The notes: a model not told the origin generated them from the letters alone. 64,000 bases of DNA from Trichosphaerium sp. ATCC 40318 (GCA_038496445.1 JALMLS010000015.1:62001-126000); one strand, 5' to 3'. Numbered from the stretch's first letter, positions 50,934-63,200 are shown. A program made the numbers and translations.

Positions 50934-53900
50934 ATGTTGAGCCATATAGCAATCCGCAACGCGGCAAGAAGAGCAAAAACAGGTTAATCTGACACAACTA
51001 AATTATTACTACAGCAATTGACTGTATTTGATAGTTAATGCGTACACCGCTGCCACTCAAGCGTTTATAAATGATTTATCATGCGAATTGAGAGTTTGCA
51101 CTTTAGACGACTGGCATACCGTTACTTCTCAAGATGTACGCACTCTAGGCTTAGATGCCAGCGATGAAAGCAATTTTAAGAGGTACCTACCCGCGTTTGA
51201 CACGACCCGTACAATTTACTCTACAATAGCCCCCAAGCGATGTACAACACATTGAAATCAGCGTATCCCGACTTTTATTGGCAAATATCTCGCTTTAGGT
51301 GAGCAATATCAAAAAAAACAATTTCACTCATTCTCAATTTAGGCAAGCTCGCCAGATAACTGCTGCGGGTAGAAAAATACTACTGGAGCATGTTGCAAAA
51401 GAACTGGGTATCCAACATTTAGACCAATGGCATCACGTGAAACAGGAAGACATTACAAAGCATGGAGGATTCCAAATACTAAAAGAGTACTCCACCTTTT
51501 TTACATAAAAAAAACCTTAAGTGAGCCAATCCTAACATAGATTCAATGGTTCTATAATTAACGCTATGCAATCCATGTATCCGGATTTCATGTGGGATAT
51601 ACACAAGTTCTTGTACGTCAGTTAGCAGATTGATACTTTGATATAAATAACACTTTATTAGGTATGTACCTTATGGGTATTGGGATTCTATAGATAATCA
51701 ACAACATTTGCTACAAGATGTAGGAGAGGATCTAGGCATCAAAACACTTGACCAATGGTACACTATATCCTCTAATGAGGCGAATATGGCTGGAGCAACT
51801 CGAGTTTTAAAAATGTACGTGAGCCAAAAACCGTTGTAACTGGTTGTTTTCTTGGTGTACTAATAATGTAACACCCAAAGGTATGACTTATCTCTACCTC
51901 GTACATTGCAGTCAATCTACCCATCATATGCATGGAGTAGATGGTTATTTAAAGATAATTTTGCAGCTCAGAGACAATACTTTGATTTTGTTGGTGAGAA
52001 CTTTGGTATTACTGTGCTTGATGAGTGGTATGAATATCGTTATAAAGATGTTATAGACTTCGAGTTAAGAGTAAAAATATCACCTCCAGTAAAGTACGAT
52101 ATCACGTGATAAAATCCTGCTTAATTAATGCTTAACTTTAGAAACAATGAGTCATTGATTTCAATGCTTCGTGTTGTTTATCCGGAGTACGAATGGGAAG
52201 AGTGGAGATTTAAGTACGACAAAACTATTCTTATTATTTCGTTGCTTCGAAAACAAACCTAAAGTATACGATCAGGCATGCTCCTATGAATTGTTGGTTG
52301 GATGTCAGCAATCAAAGAAAAAAACTCAATCAAGTTGCTGAAACTATAAATATTAAAACTTTGGATGGATGGTATGATCATCGCTACGAGTACCTTCACG
52401 ATGTGGGCTTAGGTAGTATCATAACAAAGTACGTAGAAAGACAAAACAGCGATGCTTAGGAAGGAATAACTACGTTAAACTCGGTTATTAGGCATTCCAA
52501 TTCAGTGTACGCTTGTATGTCTTCAGTTTTCCCTGAATATAAATGGATTCCATGGATGTTCAAGTACGTCCAAATAAACCTCTAGAAGTACACCAAATGT
52601 TTATTTATTGCTTTTTCAGGCATGTACCTACGGGTTACTGGGACGATGTTTCACATCAACGGTTAAGGCTTGATGATATTGCAGAGAATGAACTCAACAT
52701 CAAGACGTTGGATGATTGGTATAGAGTCACTACAAGTGATCTTACAAACGCAGGTGCCGGATCCTTGCTGTTCAGGTAAAAAAGACAGCGTTAGTTACTG
52801 TTCGCTTATCACGTGTGTGAAACGTCATAATTTAGTAATTTTATTTGTAAGGTATAACGGATCTATTGTACAAGTTATCAAGACAATCTACTCTGAGTAT
52901 AGCTGGGTTGACTGGGCTTTCAGAGGAGAACACTTTCAAGTTAAGAAATACTACGAGAAAATAGCAAAAACCCTTGGCTTGAAGTGTCTTAGTGATTGGT
53001 ATAGAGTTAATGGTTATGAAATATCAAATTTAGCTTCAATAAGTACCTTGCGTCCTGTGAAGGAGTACGTTCTTATTTTCGTTAACAAACCCGACAAACA
53101 GCGCCCATGTACCACTTAAAGGTGTACACTACCAGCTGGAGTTTCGGTGAAATGCTTTTTTTTTCTTACGAAGTTTAGAGCGTTCAAAATGCCTTCAGTG
53201 GCTCTCAAGTTGTTGTATCCAAATTTTCAGTGGGAGCCTTGGAGATTTGTGTACGCTAGAATCTATTGCAATATAGGCATACTGAGTATGGTAGGCGTTC
53301 ACCAAAAGGTGTTTGGGAAGATCCAAATAATCATCTTGGTATATTTGAGGATATTGCAGAAAGTCTTCGTGTACGTACATTTGATGATTGGTATAATGTT
53401 AGTGTACAATCTATAATGAGTCGTAAAGGTGCTTCAGCACTTTCAAGGTAATACAAAGTAAAACCAGTAAAAAAACTTAAGTTTGACTCAATTATTTTTT
53501 TGTACAGATTCGACAACTCCTTGCACAAAGCGCTTTTGGTTTTGTATCCAAACTATGATTGGGCACTGTGGAAGTTCAGGTACAGATTTTGTTATGATGA
53601 AACTCGTTTTCAGTACAGAGTTGTCTTCTGAACTTATGCTGGTTAGAAATGCACCTAAAGGAACTTGGAAGGAGTATAAACAACAAAGAGCAGAGCTCGA
53701 CCGAATAGGTCAAAAAATTGGTGTTAAAGTGCTTGAAGACTGGTATTTTATAAAAATAGAAGACTTCTGTATAGCTGGTGGTTATGGTGTACTATCACAG
53801 TGAGTGTCAAGTTTGCATTTCTCTCTTTTTTACATTTTTTTTTGCCAACAAAGAAAGGCGCTCCACTGGGTGTGACTGTTGACTAACAACTTTATAATAG

Positions 53901-55261
53901 TTTTAATGGATCGTTTAATACAATGATTGAAGTCATATATCATGAGTATTCATGGCATTTTATGTACGACAGTTTGAAGTAGCAACGTTTAGAAAACACA
54001 TTTTTTTCTATTTTTTTGGCTCATTTCTTGTCTGTAGCACCAATTCTCCCCGTGGTTTCTGGAATGATAAACGGCACCAAATGTCATTCTTGAAAATGGT
54101 TAAAAAGAAACTAAAGCTCGCATCACCAAGTGAATGGTACAAAAGCAGCATCTTAAAAGAAAAACGGCTCATACTTATTTTTTTCCTTAGGTACAGAGTC
54201 TCCACCGACCAATTTTTTGGGTTTGGTGTTGGTAGTGGATTCTTTAAACATTATCCGCGTATGTTAGGCATGCTTCATCCAAACTACACGTTTGATTGGA
54301 AACTATTTGGACGAACTTTAATGAAAAAATCACAACAATCGTACGTTTGAGTTTATTGAGTTCATGTCTTCTCTGCCGATTAACTGAGCGAGTTTTCAGT
54401 TACAACCAGCCGCATTGGTGAAAAAATCGCCAAAAGGTTGCTACTTGTGTCTTTATAGATGCTTTCCATTTTTGACACTGCGGCAACCGATTTTTCTTAT
54501 TTTTGACATAGGTGGCTACGCCAATGCATAAGGAATATTTTCACTGGTAGAGTTGTGGAAGAAGAACATCGTCTTGGATTCCGAGGTGATGAAGGGGGTT
54601 ATGATGTAACAGTTGACATATTCGTGCCTCATGAAAACATTGCCGTTGAGTATCAAGGTAACTCAATCAACAAAGTTTCCTTTGTCATAAACTCAAACTT
54701 TTCGAGTTCCTTTGTTTTTCTCCAAATAAGAGGCTGCAACACATATTGTCTATTCGAGAACTAATTCGCTGGATGAATAATTGAAAATTTTATTCTCATT
54801 TTTTTCTTAGGAGAGCAACATTATGTTGATGTGTTACCTTTTAATATCACAGCAAGTACTACAGGTGCTAGTGATATTGATAAGGCTGCCCTATGTAAAT
54901 CTCTTGGAGTCACACTTGTACCAATACCTTATTGGTGGGAAGGAGATGTTGGTAGCCTTGTAGCTACCTTGAAGCACTATAAACCTACCCTTGAAATAAA
55001 TGCACCACGTGGACAAGTATTGATTAAGCCCGATTCTGATACGTCAATTACAGGTACGATTACAATCAAATAAATTAGTGATATGCACTGGAATATGAGC
55101 ATTGCTTTGCAAAGTAGTACGCAGTAGATCACTACTACTGATATCAGCAAACAACTGTTTTAAAGAAGGCTTGTTTTAATTAAATCATAGGTGGATTACT
55201 GGGTAGTTCTGTTATGTCTCCTGTTGGCGCTGCTGATATTTCTATTGTAAAAAGAGTATAA
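50934..55261 (+). CDS. Ten-repeat Trp-rich solenoid protein with C-terminal RAP/Vsr-like (PD-(D/E)xK-fold) nuclease domain and a putative mitochondrial presequence
   Basis: About 23 exons splice in frame. Repeat consensus PxGxW-x4-QR-x9-LxIxxLDxWYxV-x9-G-x6-(F/Y)NGS-x7-YPxYxWxxWxF. C-terminus VDIFVPHENIAVEYQGEQHY...DIDKAALCKSLGVTLVPIPYWW. N-terminus MLSHIAIRNAARRAKT. Confidence 0.8.
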
Positions 55262-55483
55262 AACAAAAAAAAAGACTACATGTAAAATAATAATCTCAAG
55301 GGATTGCAAAACGTTGCAATTGACACTGAAAAGGTATCACGTGACTGTACCTACAAGATTTATCTTTATCTTGAGTTACGTTACATGTCGTGATCGGTTA
55401 AACTACTTACCGCCTTTCAGAGCTTTCCTCGGAATCTGAAGTTTAAGTCTTATGAGTTCCCTATTATTCTTGCCACGAGTGCA

Positions 55484-56071
55484 ATGTATCAACCTACGTT
55501 TAGCGAAGCTTATGTTGAATTCTCTAATGAATTGTTGAAATACAAAGTGTCAGTCACTATATGGCTTGCAGCGTTCGTAGGACCAGCTAATGTGAGTATT
55601 TATGAGAGTGTCGGCGATACTGTTGTAAAAAATAACTGTAGCGTTAGATGGCAGGCTTCTTGATGGCTTATCATCACCTCGACGCGCTGTTGATACCATT
55701 TAGCGTGGCTGGAGGCAGTTTTATTGGCGCTGCTCTGTACATGAAATTTAACTACTCTAGAATACTTGGTACCGCTTTTTTAATGCCATAAAGAGCTGTA
55801 GCGTTTACTTTTAACGGTTAGGACTAATGCATATTCCAATGGCCTTAACCTACATTTATATGTGGCTCACGTACGGTTATAGCGTAGATACGTGGTGGGG
55901 ATGCTATTTACTGTACTATTACATAATAAACGGCATTTGCCTCACTATAGACGTTATTGACGTTCTACGGTACGCAACGTCATGTCACTTTAAAATACTT
56001 ATCGTGGCTGTTACAGGTGGATAGCAGGAGATAGAGGTGACATGCGCACGCAGAAAATTCACCAAAATTGA
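55484..56071 (+). CDS. Small multi-pass membrane protein of unknown function (bacterial-like), 4 exons
   Basis: MYQPTF...IWLAAFVGPAN | MAGFLMAYH...GAAL | ...LMHIPMALTYIYMWL...INGICLTIDVIDVLR | WIAGDR...*; GT-AG introns. Confidence 0.6.
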
Positions 56072-56413
56072 TCAGCTCGTTGTACAACTTAAAAAAAGAC
56101 ATGTTTTGAATAATTGAAGCTTTCAAGTATCTTATTAAGTAAGAAAAACGTTAGACGTTAGAAACGTTTACATCTCTAAACGGTCAAGCCGTTACGTTAA
56201 GCAAAATTAATGAAACAAATAGAGGCACTAAAGCATGCAAGCTGTTAGCGTTGGAATACTCCCTACAATGTTTTGTTGACTAACGCATATTCTCCTTGAC
56301 AAGAACACTGTTACTACAATATCCAAGCCTTGCTATTCCTTGACAAATGCATTTTATTTAACACTATCTTTTATTACACAAAAACTTGTGGAGGCATTAT
56401 TTCTTTTTACTGA

Positions 56414-59148
56414 TCACTTTAGCAGCTTGAAAAAATTTCTTTTCTTTTCAAGCTTTGCTATTCTTTTTTGTAGATTAGCATTTTCTCGCTTCAAGCTATC
56501 AACTTCAATCTTCAATTCTTGCATAGGGTTAAGGTTGCTTGGCTCTTTGTCAGATTGGATATTTTCAGAAGCTGCCCATAATTTTCTTTTGTCAACAAAC
56601 AAAGACTTAAAACCATGAAAGTATACTTGCTCTTAGGTACCTCAAGATGACTTCATCAGATAGCTCGTCATCAAATTCATCATCAGATTCTGTATCACCC
56701 GATTTTGAAGTATCCTTATGTTTATTTTTCTTGTTTTTCTTCTTTCTCCTTTGTTTAGGAATTGGTACAACTTTGATTACATAACGAGCAACAGCTTGGA
56801 CATCTTATAAAAGAAAGCTGTTAGTGTATTAATCAAGCAATGTTTGGTTGCTTTTTGATTGTACCTTGTGCTACAACCAGTTCATCATATATTGCTTTTT
56901 CAACTTTAACTTTTTCAATTGGATCTCCCTTGCTATTTACTAACACATAGTGGCTTTGATATCCCGATTTTATTGGCCTTCCATTGTAGTTTAGTATTGC
57001 TTTATTATGAGGGTCTTCTAAAACCTTGAAAAGATGTAAATCACGTGTACAAGATAACTTCATTCGTACTGGGTAAGCATTACCAGGAGTAACAAGGGTA
57101 AGTACGAGTGTTTTTTCCTCTTTACCAGATTTATCATAGAAACATGCATATTGAATGCTTCGCTATAGGAACAATCAACACGTACATTCACACCACGTCG
57201 TACAGTAAAGTAGATTCCCTGGCCGTAGAAACCAGCATCTGTAGAACTAACAGTACCAAATCCCGCTTGTACAATGCTAAATGCAGCTGCTTCTGTTGTC
57301 CCATGTACCATCAATGCAACAGGTAGCTAAGCTTGGTTAGTGCGCTAAAATTCTACAGAGTATTACCCGATCAGAGCTTTTGTTGGAGTCAGTTTTTGGT
57401 TCCGTGAGAGCGACAAACCTTTTGATAATGCTCTCCCTGTGTGTACTATCACGAGCTGGGTCTTTCCAATCTTGTTTTTTAAACAATTTGGGAAGTGCTC
57501 TAATTTAAGAAAACAGGTGTTAGAATTTAGATCAAACCGAATAATGTATTTGTACTGATGTCTGTGGGTGAGTATTTTATTCGCTTTGCCAAAATTGTCA
57601 ATTAATACATCATTGCAAACAAGATATGCCTCTTTAAGATTGTATTTATCATAGCCATGCATTTTTGACAGCTCCAGTTGTAGGATTTGTAATTCTCTCT
57701 TGCTACTTTGTCATTTTTATTGAGAAGATCTAGTGTCCTGTAATGAGTCGCCTTTGAAACAAGCCCACTATTGGAACGTTTAGGCAATCAATAGTGATAG
57801 ATACAACTCACAGCTGTGTGCATGGTGTAATCGCGGATTCAGGTTCCAAGGGTTGGCACTTTTTATTCCTATTGTTAAGGGTATAAGCATGAACGGAAGT
57901 TGAACATAAAAGTTACCTTCATTTGTAGTAGTTAATTTCATGTTAGCCATAAACGGCTTTATCTCACGTTTGTCATCTTGGCATTTACAATGCTGGTTTG
58001 ATTTATTACTAGGCTTTAGTGTCTACAAAGTATTAGAAGGTAGTACATAATAAAAGGTAGTACATGTGAAGGATCGTGTTGTTTAGCACATGCTGTACAT
58101 AGTGTTGAGCTACATATACGACACTTTACATCTATACAAACTTAGTACCTTAAATAGCACCAGTTCATTTATGAACACATACTATCTTTAAATGGCAAAT
58201 TATTCTTGAGAGATCTTGTACACCACCCTTCTTTCGCACATAGTTCGGAAGCAGAAGAAGCTTCTTTTACATTACCCCAGATGTCATCAGGCAAGTCATA
58301 CAAGATTCCTTGCATTAGCTCTCCTTTGCTTGCCCAGAATCCCTTATTTCAGGTTAGCAAATGCACGAGTTTACAGTTTTAATCTATGATGTACCGGAGA
58401 TTGTACAAAGATACGATTGTATGTACAAATTAAATAATAGATCCCTTTTTGCATTGCAATATCAAAATAAGAACGTGTTGGCTATGTGTGATTTAGCAAT
58501 GAGATAACATGCACTGCAGTGAAAAGCATTTAAAACTACAGACTGTACTACATACCAGGAACTGCAACCATCTCGCAAGATCAACTCGCCAGCGTTTTTG
58601 TTCCTTATCATGTGCGCATGATAACCAAAGTAAACGGGATTGTTGCCCGTTTGGACAATGCAATAATAATGCTGGAAATATATCAACGAATGTATTGTAA
58701 ACCACTTTCATAAATGTCATCTTGAAAAAGTCTTGCCATATCTTCTTTGATGGAGAAATCTCCCCATAAGCATTCAATAACATCAAAATAATCGAAGTAT
58801 ATCCTTTATATGCTAAACAATGGTTGTGAGTTTGTACGATTCATTATCTATCATTGAGTACCTGCAATATGTATGGCAGTCCATCCATCTTTATCTACAG
58901 TGTCAATATCTATACCTGATTTAAGCAAGGCTTTAACATCTTTATCACGGCCATCACATACTAAGAAAGCCGAGTCTGCATTTTGTATTTACAGCAGTAA
59001 ACATTACCTGCATGATGCAAAGTGGTCAGTCATCTTCATCAGCGTTTGAATCGCTGGGATATTCATCTACAATGGTAAACAGTTTAAAATGACGCCCTGA
59101 CAAGTTTTTATGTTAATTAAGGATTTCCTCACCTTGTGGTTTTTCCAT
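56414..59148 (-). CDS. Ankyrin + UBR-box-like Zn finger + PARP-like ADP-ribosyltransferase + coiled coil (copy A; 1-nt lesion in exon 2)
   Basis: DKDGWTAIHIA; CT..CRICSSTLCTACAKQHDPSH..CKC; MVHGT...DAGFYGQGIYFT...YA...VTPGN...YDELVV...VARYVI. Exon 2 reads GAC TGA CCA where GAC TGG ACC is expected. Confidence 0.75.
58390..58591. repeat. 202-bp inverted-repeat tract, partner at 60228-60429
   Basis: 201/202 identical, including a whole intron. Confidence 0.9.
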
Positions 59149-59406
59149 GAACCGTTGTCGCCTGTGTAATGACTGTAATGACTGTACAATAGCGTTTAAG
59201 GGAGATGTGAACTGAGCCGTTAGTGCGTTACGCTACTTCTGTTTTTTTCAAAAAATAAACATTATACATGTTACTATCATAACAAAACACGTGCCTTTAA
59301 TTTGAAAAAAACAGAAGTAGCGTAACGCACTAACGGCTCAGTTCACATCTCCCTTAAACGCTATTGTACAGTCATTACAGTCATTACACAGGCGACAACG
59401 GTTCAT
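59147..59406. repeat. Perfect inverted repeat, 106-bp arms (59147-59252 / 59301-59406), 48-bp spacer
   Basis: Arms are exact reverse complements by direct comparison and lie between the two divergent ART paralogues. Confidence 0.95.
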
Positions 59407-62400
59407 ATAAAAAACCACAGGTGAGGAAAAACGTAAAACTGAAGGTAACTAATGATGTATCATGTGATAGTTAGACAACTTAAAACGTAATGGAACTGAG
59501 TGTTTATAATCTTGTGGCCTTTTATGCAGGTGCGCGTGAATAATGCGCTGCTACTAAACCAATTCAAGCACGCCACGGCTACAACGATATTATAGATGTG
59601 TTAATTGAAGAAAAGATAGACTTAAGAGTTTGTATTGATAAAAAAAAGAGGACACCATTGCACGTCGCAGGTAACGTCACAAGAACAAAAATCATACCAA
59701 TGAATGCTACTGACTACCTAAGCACGATACGGATACCACGACATTGTTAGAACCTTATTGAAATCAAAGCATGTTGATATTAAAGCTGGCGACAAAGATG
59801 GGTGGACCGCTTTACATTGTGCAGGTATAAAAATAGTTCAAATATAAGGGTTGTGTAACCATGTTAGCATGCTATGGACACCATGACATTGTTAAAACCT
59901 TACTCAAAAAAACTAAAATTGAAACTGTTGATCACGACGGATGGACCGCCATACAAATAGCAGGTATTTTTTGTAACATTATCTGTGAGTTAAACTTCTT
60001 TAGCGCACAAAGGACACACTTCGATTATTATCACTTTATTGAATAGCTGTGAGGTGATTTCTCCAATAAAGATATGGCAAGATTTTTTTAAGCTGGTGCT
60101 GACAAAAGTGGTTTACAATGATCCCACATTCACCGAGATATTTCCAGTGCTATTAACACACACTCCATATGGGAAAAACTCACGTTTACTTTGGTTATCA
60201 TGTGCACGTGATGAGAAACGGAAACATTGGCGAGTTGATCTTGCGAGATGGTTGCAGTTCCTGGTATGTAGTACAGTCTGTAGTTTTAAATGCTTTTCAC
60301 TGCAGTGCATGTTATCTCATTGCTAAATCACACATAGCCAACACGTTCTTATTTTGATATTGCAATGCAAAAAGGGATCTATCATTTAATTTGTACATAC
60401 AATCGTATCTTTGTACAATCTCCGGTACAGCTCATAAGTTTAAATGCTATTGTGTTACTAAGTGTTTTTTAAACAAGGATTTCTGGTCAAGACAAGGAGA
60501 GCTAATGCAAGGAATCTTGTATGACTTGCCTGATGACATTTGGAGTTCAAAAAATGAATCCACGTGTATCTATGAACTATGCACAGATGAAGGATGGTGT
60601 ACAAGATCACTTAAGAATATGTTACCTCAAAATAGTACACTTACCATGTGGGGCGTTTTAATTTGTTTTAGATTTTTACTGTCGCATTTGTAAATCAACA
60701 CTATGCAAGGCATGCTCTTGGCACCATGACAAAACACATGTACAATATCTTTTATAACAACTTGTTGATGCAAACTAGGCATTTACACACAACACCAACC
60801 TATACCAGCGCTGTGAATGTGAAGGATGCAACCATGAAATTAAGCCTTTCTTTGCTAACAAAAACCCCAAAAACACTTGCGCAGGTAATAAAGTATTATT
60901 GCTCAACTCCCAGCTATCCTAACCTAATAAAGGATTAAAAAGCAAAAACCCATGGAGTTTGAACCCGCGACTGCATCACGCACACTCCTGGGATAGATCT
61001 AACTACATGTGAGTTTGTATCTAACTGATTTTGCTTACTAATTACAATAGTGGGCATATATTAAAGGCAACACATTATAGAACACTTAACCTTTTGGATC
61101 CAAATGACAAAGTAGCAGAGAGGGAATTAAAATACCTTCACCAAAAATTGTCAAAAATGAATGGTTATGCTAGCTACGATCTTGTAGAAGCACATCTTAT
61201 TTGCAATGATACATTGACTGAAAACTTTGGAAGCCACAATAGAATATTAAAAATGAGGCATCAGTATGTTTAGGCATAAGGCTCACTTGGTACTATTACT
61301 AATTGCACCTAGAGAATTACCCAATCTATTTAAACATCACTGTCGGGACCAATTCTATTTTAAAAAGGGTGTTTACAACAAATATCAGACAATGGAAAAA
61401 GAATATGATCTATGTGCTGATGACACTGCACAAGATGTAAGCAGTAACTTGTATCACACTGACAACAGTTGAATAGTTACCAGTCTTATTAATGGCCCAT
61501 GGAACATCGAAGAAAGCAGCTTATAGTATTGCACAAGTTGGATTTGGAACTGCACGTGCTCTTGATGCAGGATACCATGGCCAAGGAATCTATTTTACTG
61601 TACTGCAAAAATACACTTAAAAGTCTTTAACAGTACAAAATAGACTAGTATACGCTATGCTTGCACTCATAATACCCGACAAGACAAAACTATAATTATG
61701 GGTCTAGTCACCTGGGAATGTGTATCTTGTACAAACAGTGGTTAAATAACTGTATTTAGACTATTACTAGGCAACAGAAAGCTATAGAGAAAAAATCAAC
61801 CTTATGGGTAAGCCTATTAAACTAGGATACCAAAGTCATTATAGTGTGGTAAACAGATGTGGAGAAGCTGTGAAAGAAAACATCAGTAAATACCCATTTG
61901 ATGAGTTGGTAGTGGGTCAAGGTATCAGGATTAAAGTGAGCCATGTTACACTTTTTTTATGCCATTTAGATGTTCAAGCTGTTGCTCGTTATATCATCAA
62001 GTTTGTAGAAAGACCAAGAAAGAGAATACCAAAAAGAATAAAACCTAAAAAGGTAAACAAACATTAAGTAGAGAACAAAAAATACTAATTATAAAGGCTG
62101 CTACAAAAAAAAATCCACCTGAAAACAACACAAAGAAACACGACATAGTAGTACAACATGAAAATGATAAATCTTCTTCTTCTGACGACTTGTCAGACTT
62201 TGATGAAATGGAATACTTGACAAATTATCGGTATGACAACTACTTACAGTGTTTGCTAACTGCTCAAGGCAATTATGGGATGACAGTGCTGTATGTGAAT
62301 CTTCCTCTTCTAATGAGTTGTCAGACTTTGATGAAATGGAATACTTGACAAATTATCGGTATGACAAATACCTACAGTGTTTGCTAACTGCTCAAGGCAA

Positions 62401-62712
62401 TTATGGGATACTGACTCTGTCTCAAAGGGAATCAATTACCAGATAAATACGTACTTTAAAGAGAGAAATACATACCTTGACACTAGAAATAGTCAGTTGG
62501 AAGAAAGAAATGCATACTTAGAAAAAAGAAATACTGACTTAGAAACAAGAAATAGAGTGCTAAAAGAACAAAATAAACATCTAAAAGAAAGTAATACCAA
62601 GCTTCAGGAAGACAAAAGCCAAACTCACTTACAAGAAAGCATCTTTACATTGAAGGAGAAGATTGCTATGTTACAGATAAAACTATCTAGGCTCGAAAAT
62701 ACAAAAAAATAA
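59405..62712 (+). pseudogene. Ankyrin/Zn-finger/ADP-ribosyltransferase paralogue (copy B), probably disabled
   Basis: Collinear with copy A (MAHGT...DAGYHGQGIYFT, FDELVV). The ATG GAA of copy A is ATA TAA here, and a 2-nt deletion in VTPGN (gtcacctgggaat, ~61707-61719) shifts the frame. Confidence 0.65.
62170..62409 (+). repeat. Tandem exon+intron duplication, 128-bp period
   Basis: Two copies of SSSS.(D/E)LSDFDEMEYLTNYR plus the 38-nt intron gtatgacaa...ctcaag. Confidence 0.9.
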
Positions 62713-63200
62713 CAAATAAGTTCTTTGCCAATAAACACATCTGACAAAACGTGTACTTCAGTATCCGCTATTTTCATGTGCATGACCTGCACTTGTTTTT
62801 ATTTGTGATCACAGGACTTTATCTGTAAGAATAGGAAAACAATATGAAAGTGGTTTTTTTCTAGTCAAAAACAAACACTGAGTAAGATTACTAAAAGAAC
62901 ACTCCTTTTTTGAGACAGTTTCAAAAAAGTTTGTTTGCTTTGCCTGCGGTACTTTTCCTCGGCACAATGCCAACGAATCGCAAAATGGTTTTTAACCCTA
63001 TAAGTATAGAATACTGGCTACATGTTAAATAGCAATTGAAATTTAAGACGGTTCTGAGGTGAGTAAAAATGTCGCAAAGATTCTCGAAATCCCGTAATAT
63101 CAACAATCAAAAATTTTGGTATTTTCGAAACTGTCTCAAAGCAATGCTGCCCTTAATACTCATGAAACCTTTTTAAACGTAAATGATGATTTTATTCATT

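Noticed and set aside
51000-54350. Periodic sequence as a possible CRISPR array or DNA satellite
   Set aside because: Periodicity is only at the protein level; the DNA is diverged and interrupted by introns.
59147-59406. Inverted repeat as the ends of an autonomous transposon
   Set aside because: No transposase and no target-site duplication; homology continues outward into paralogous genes.
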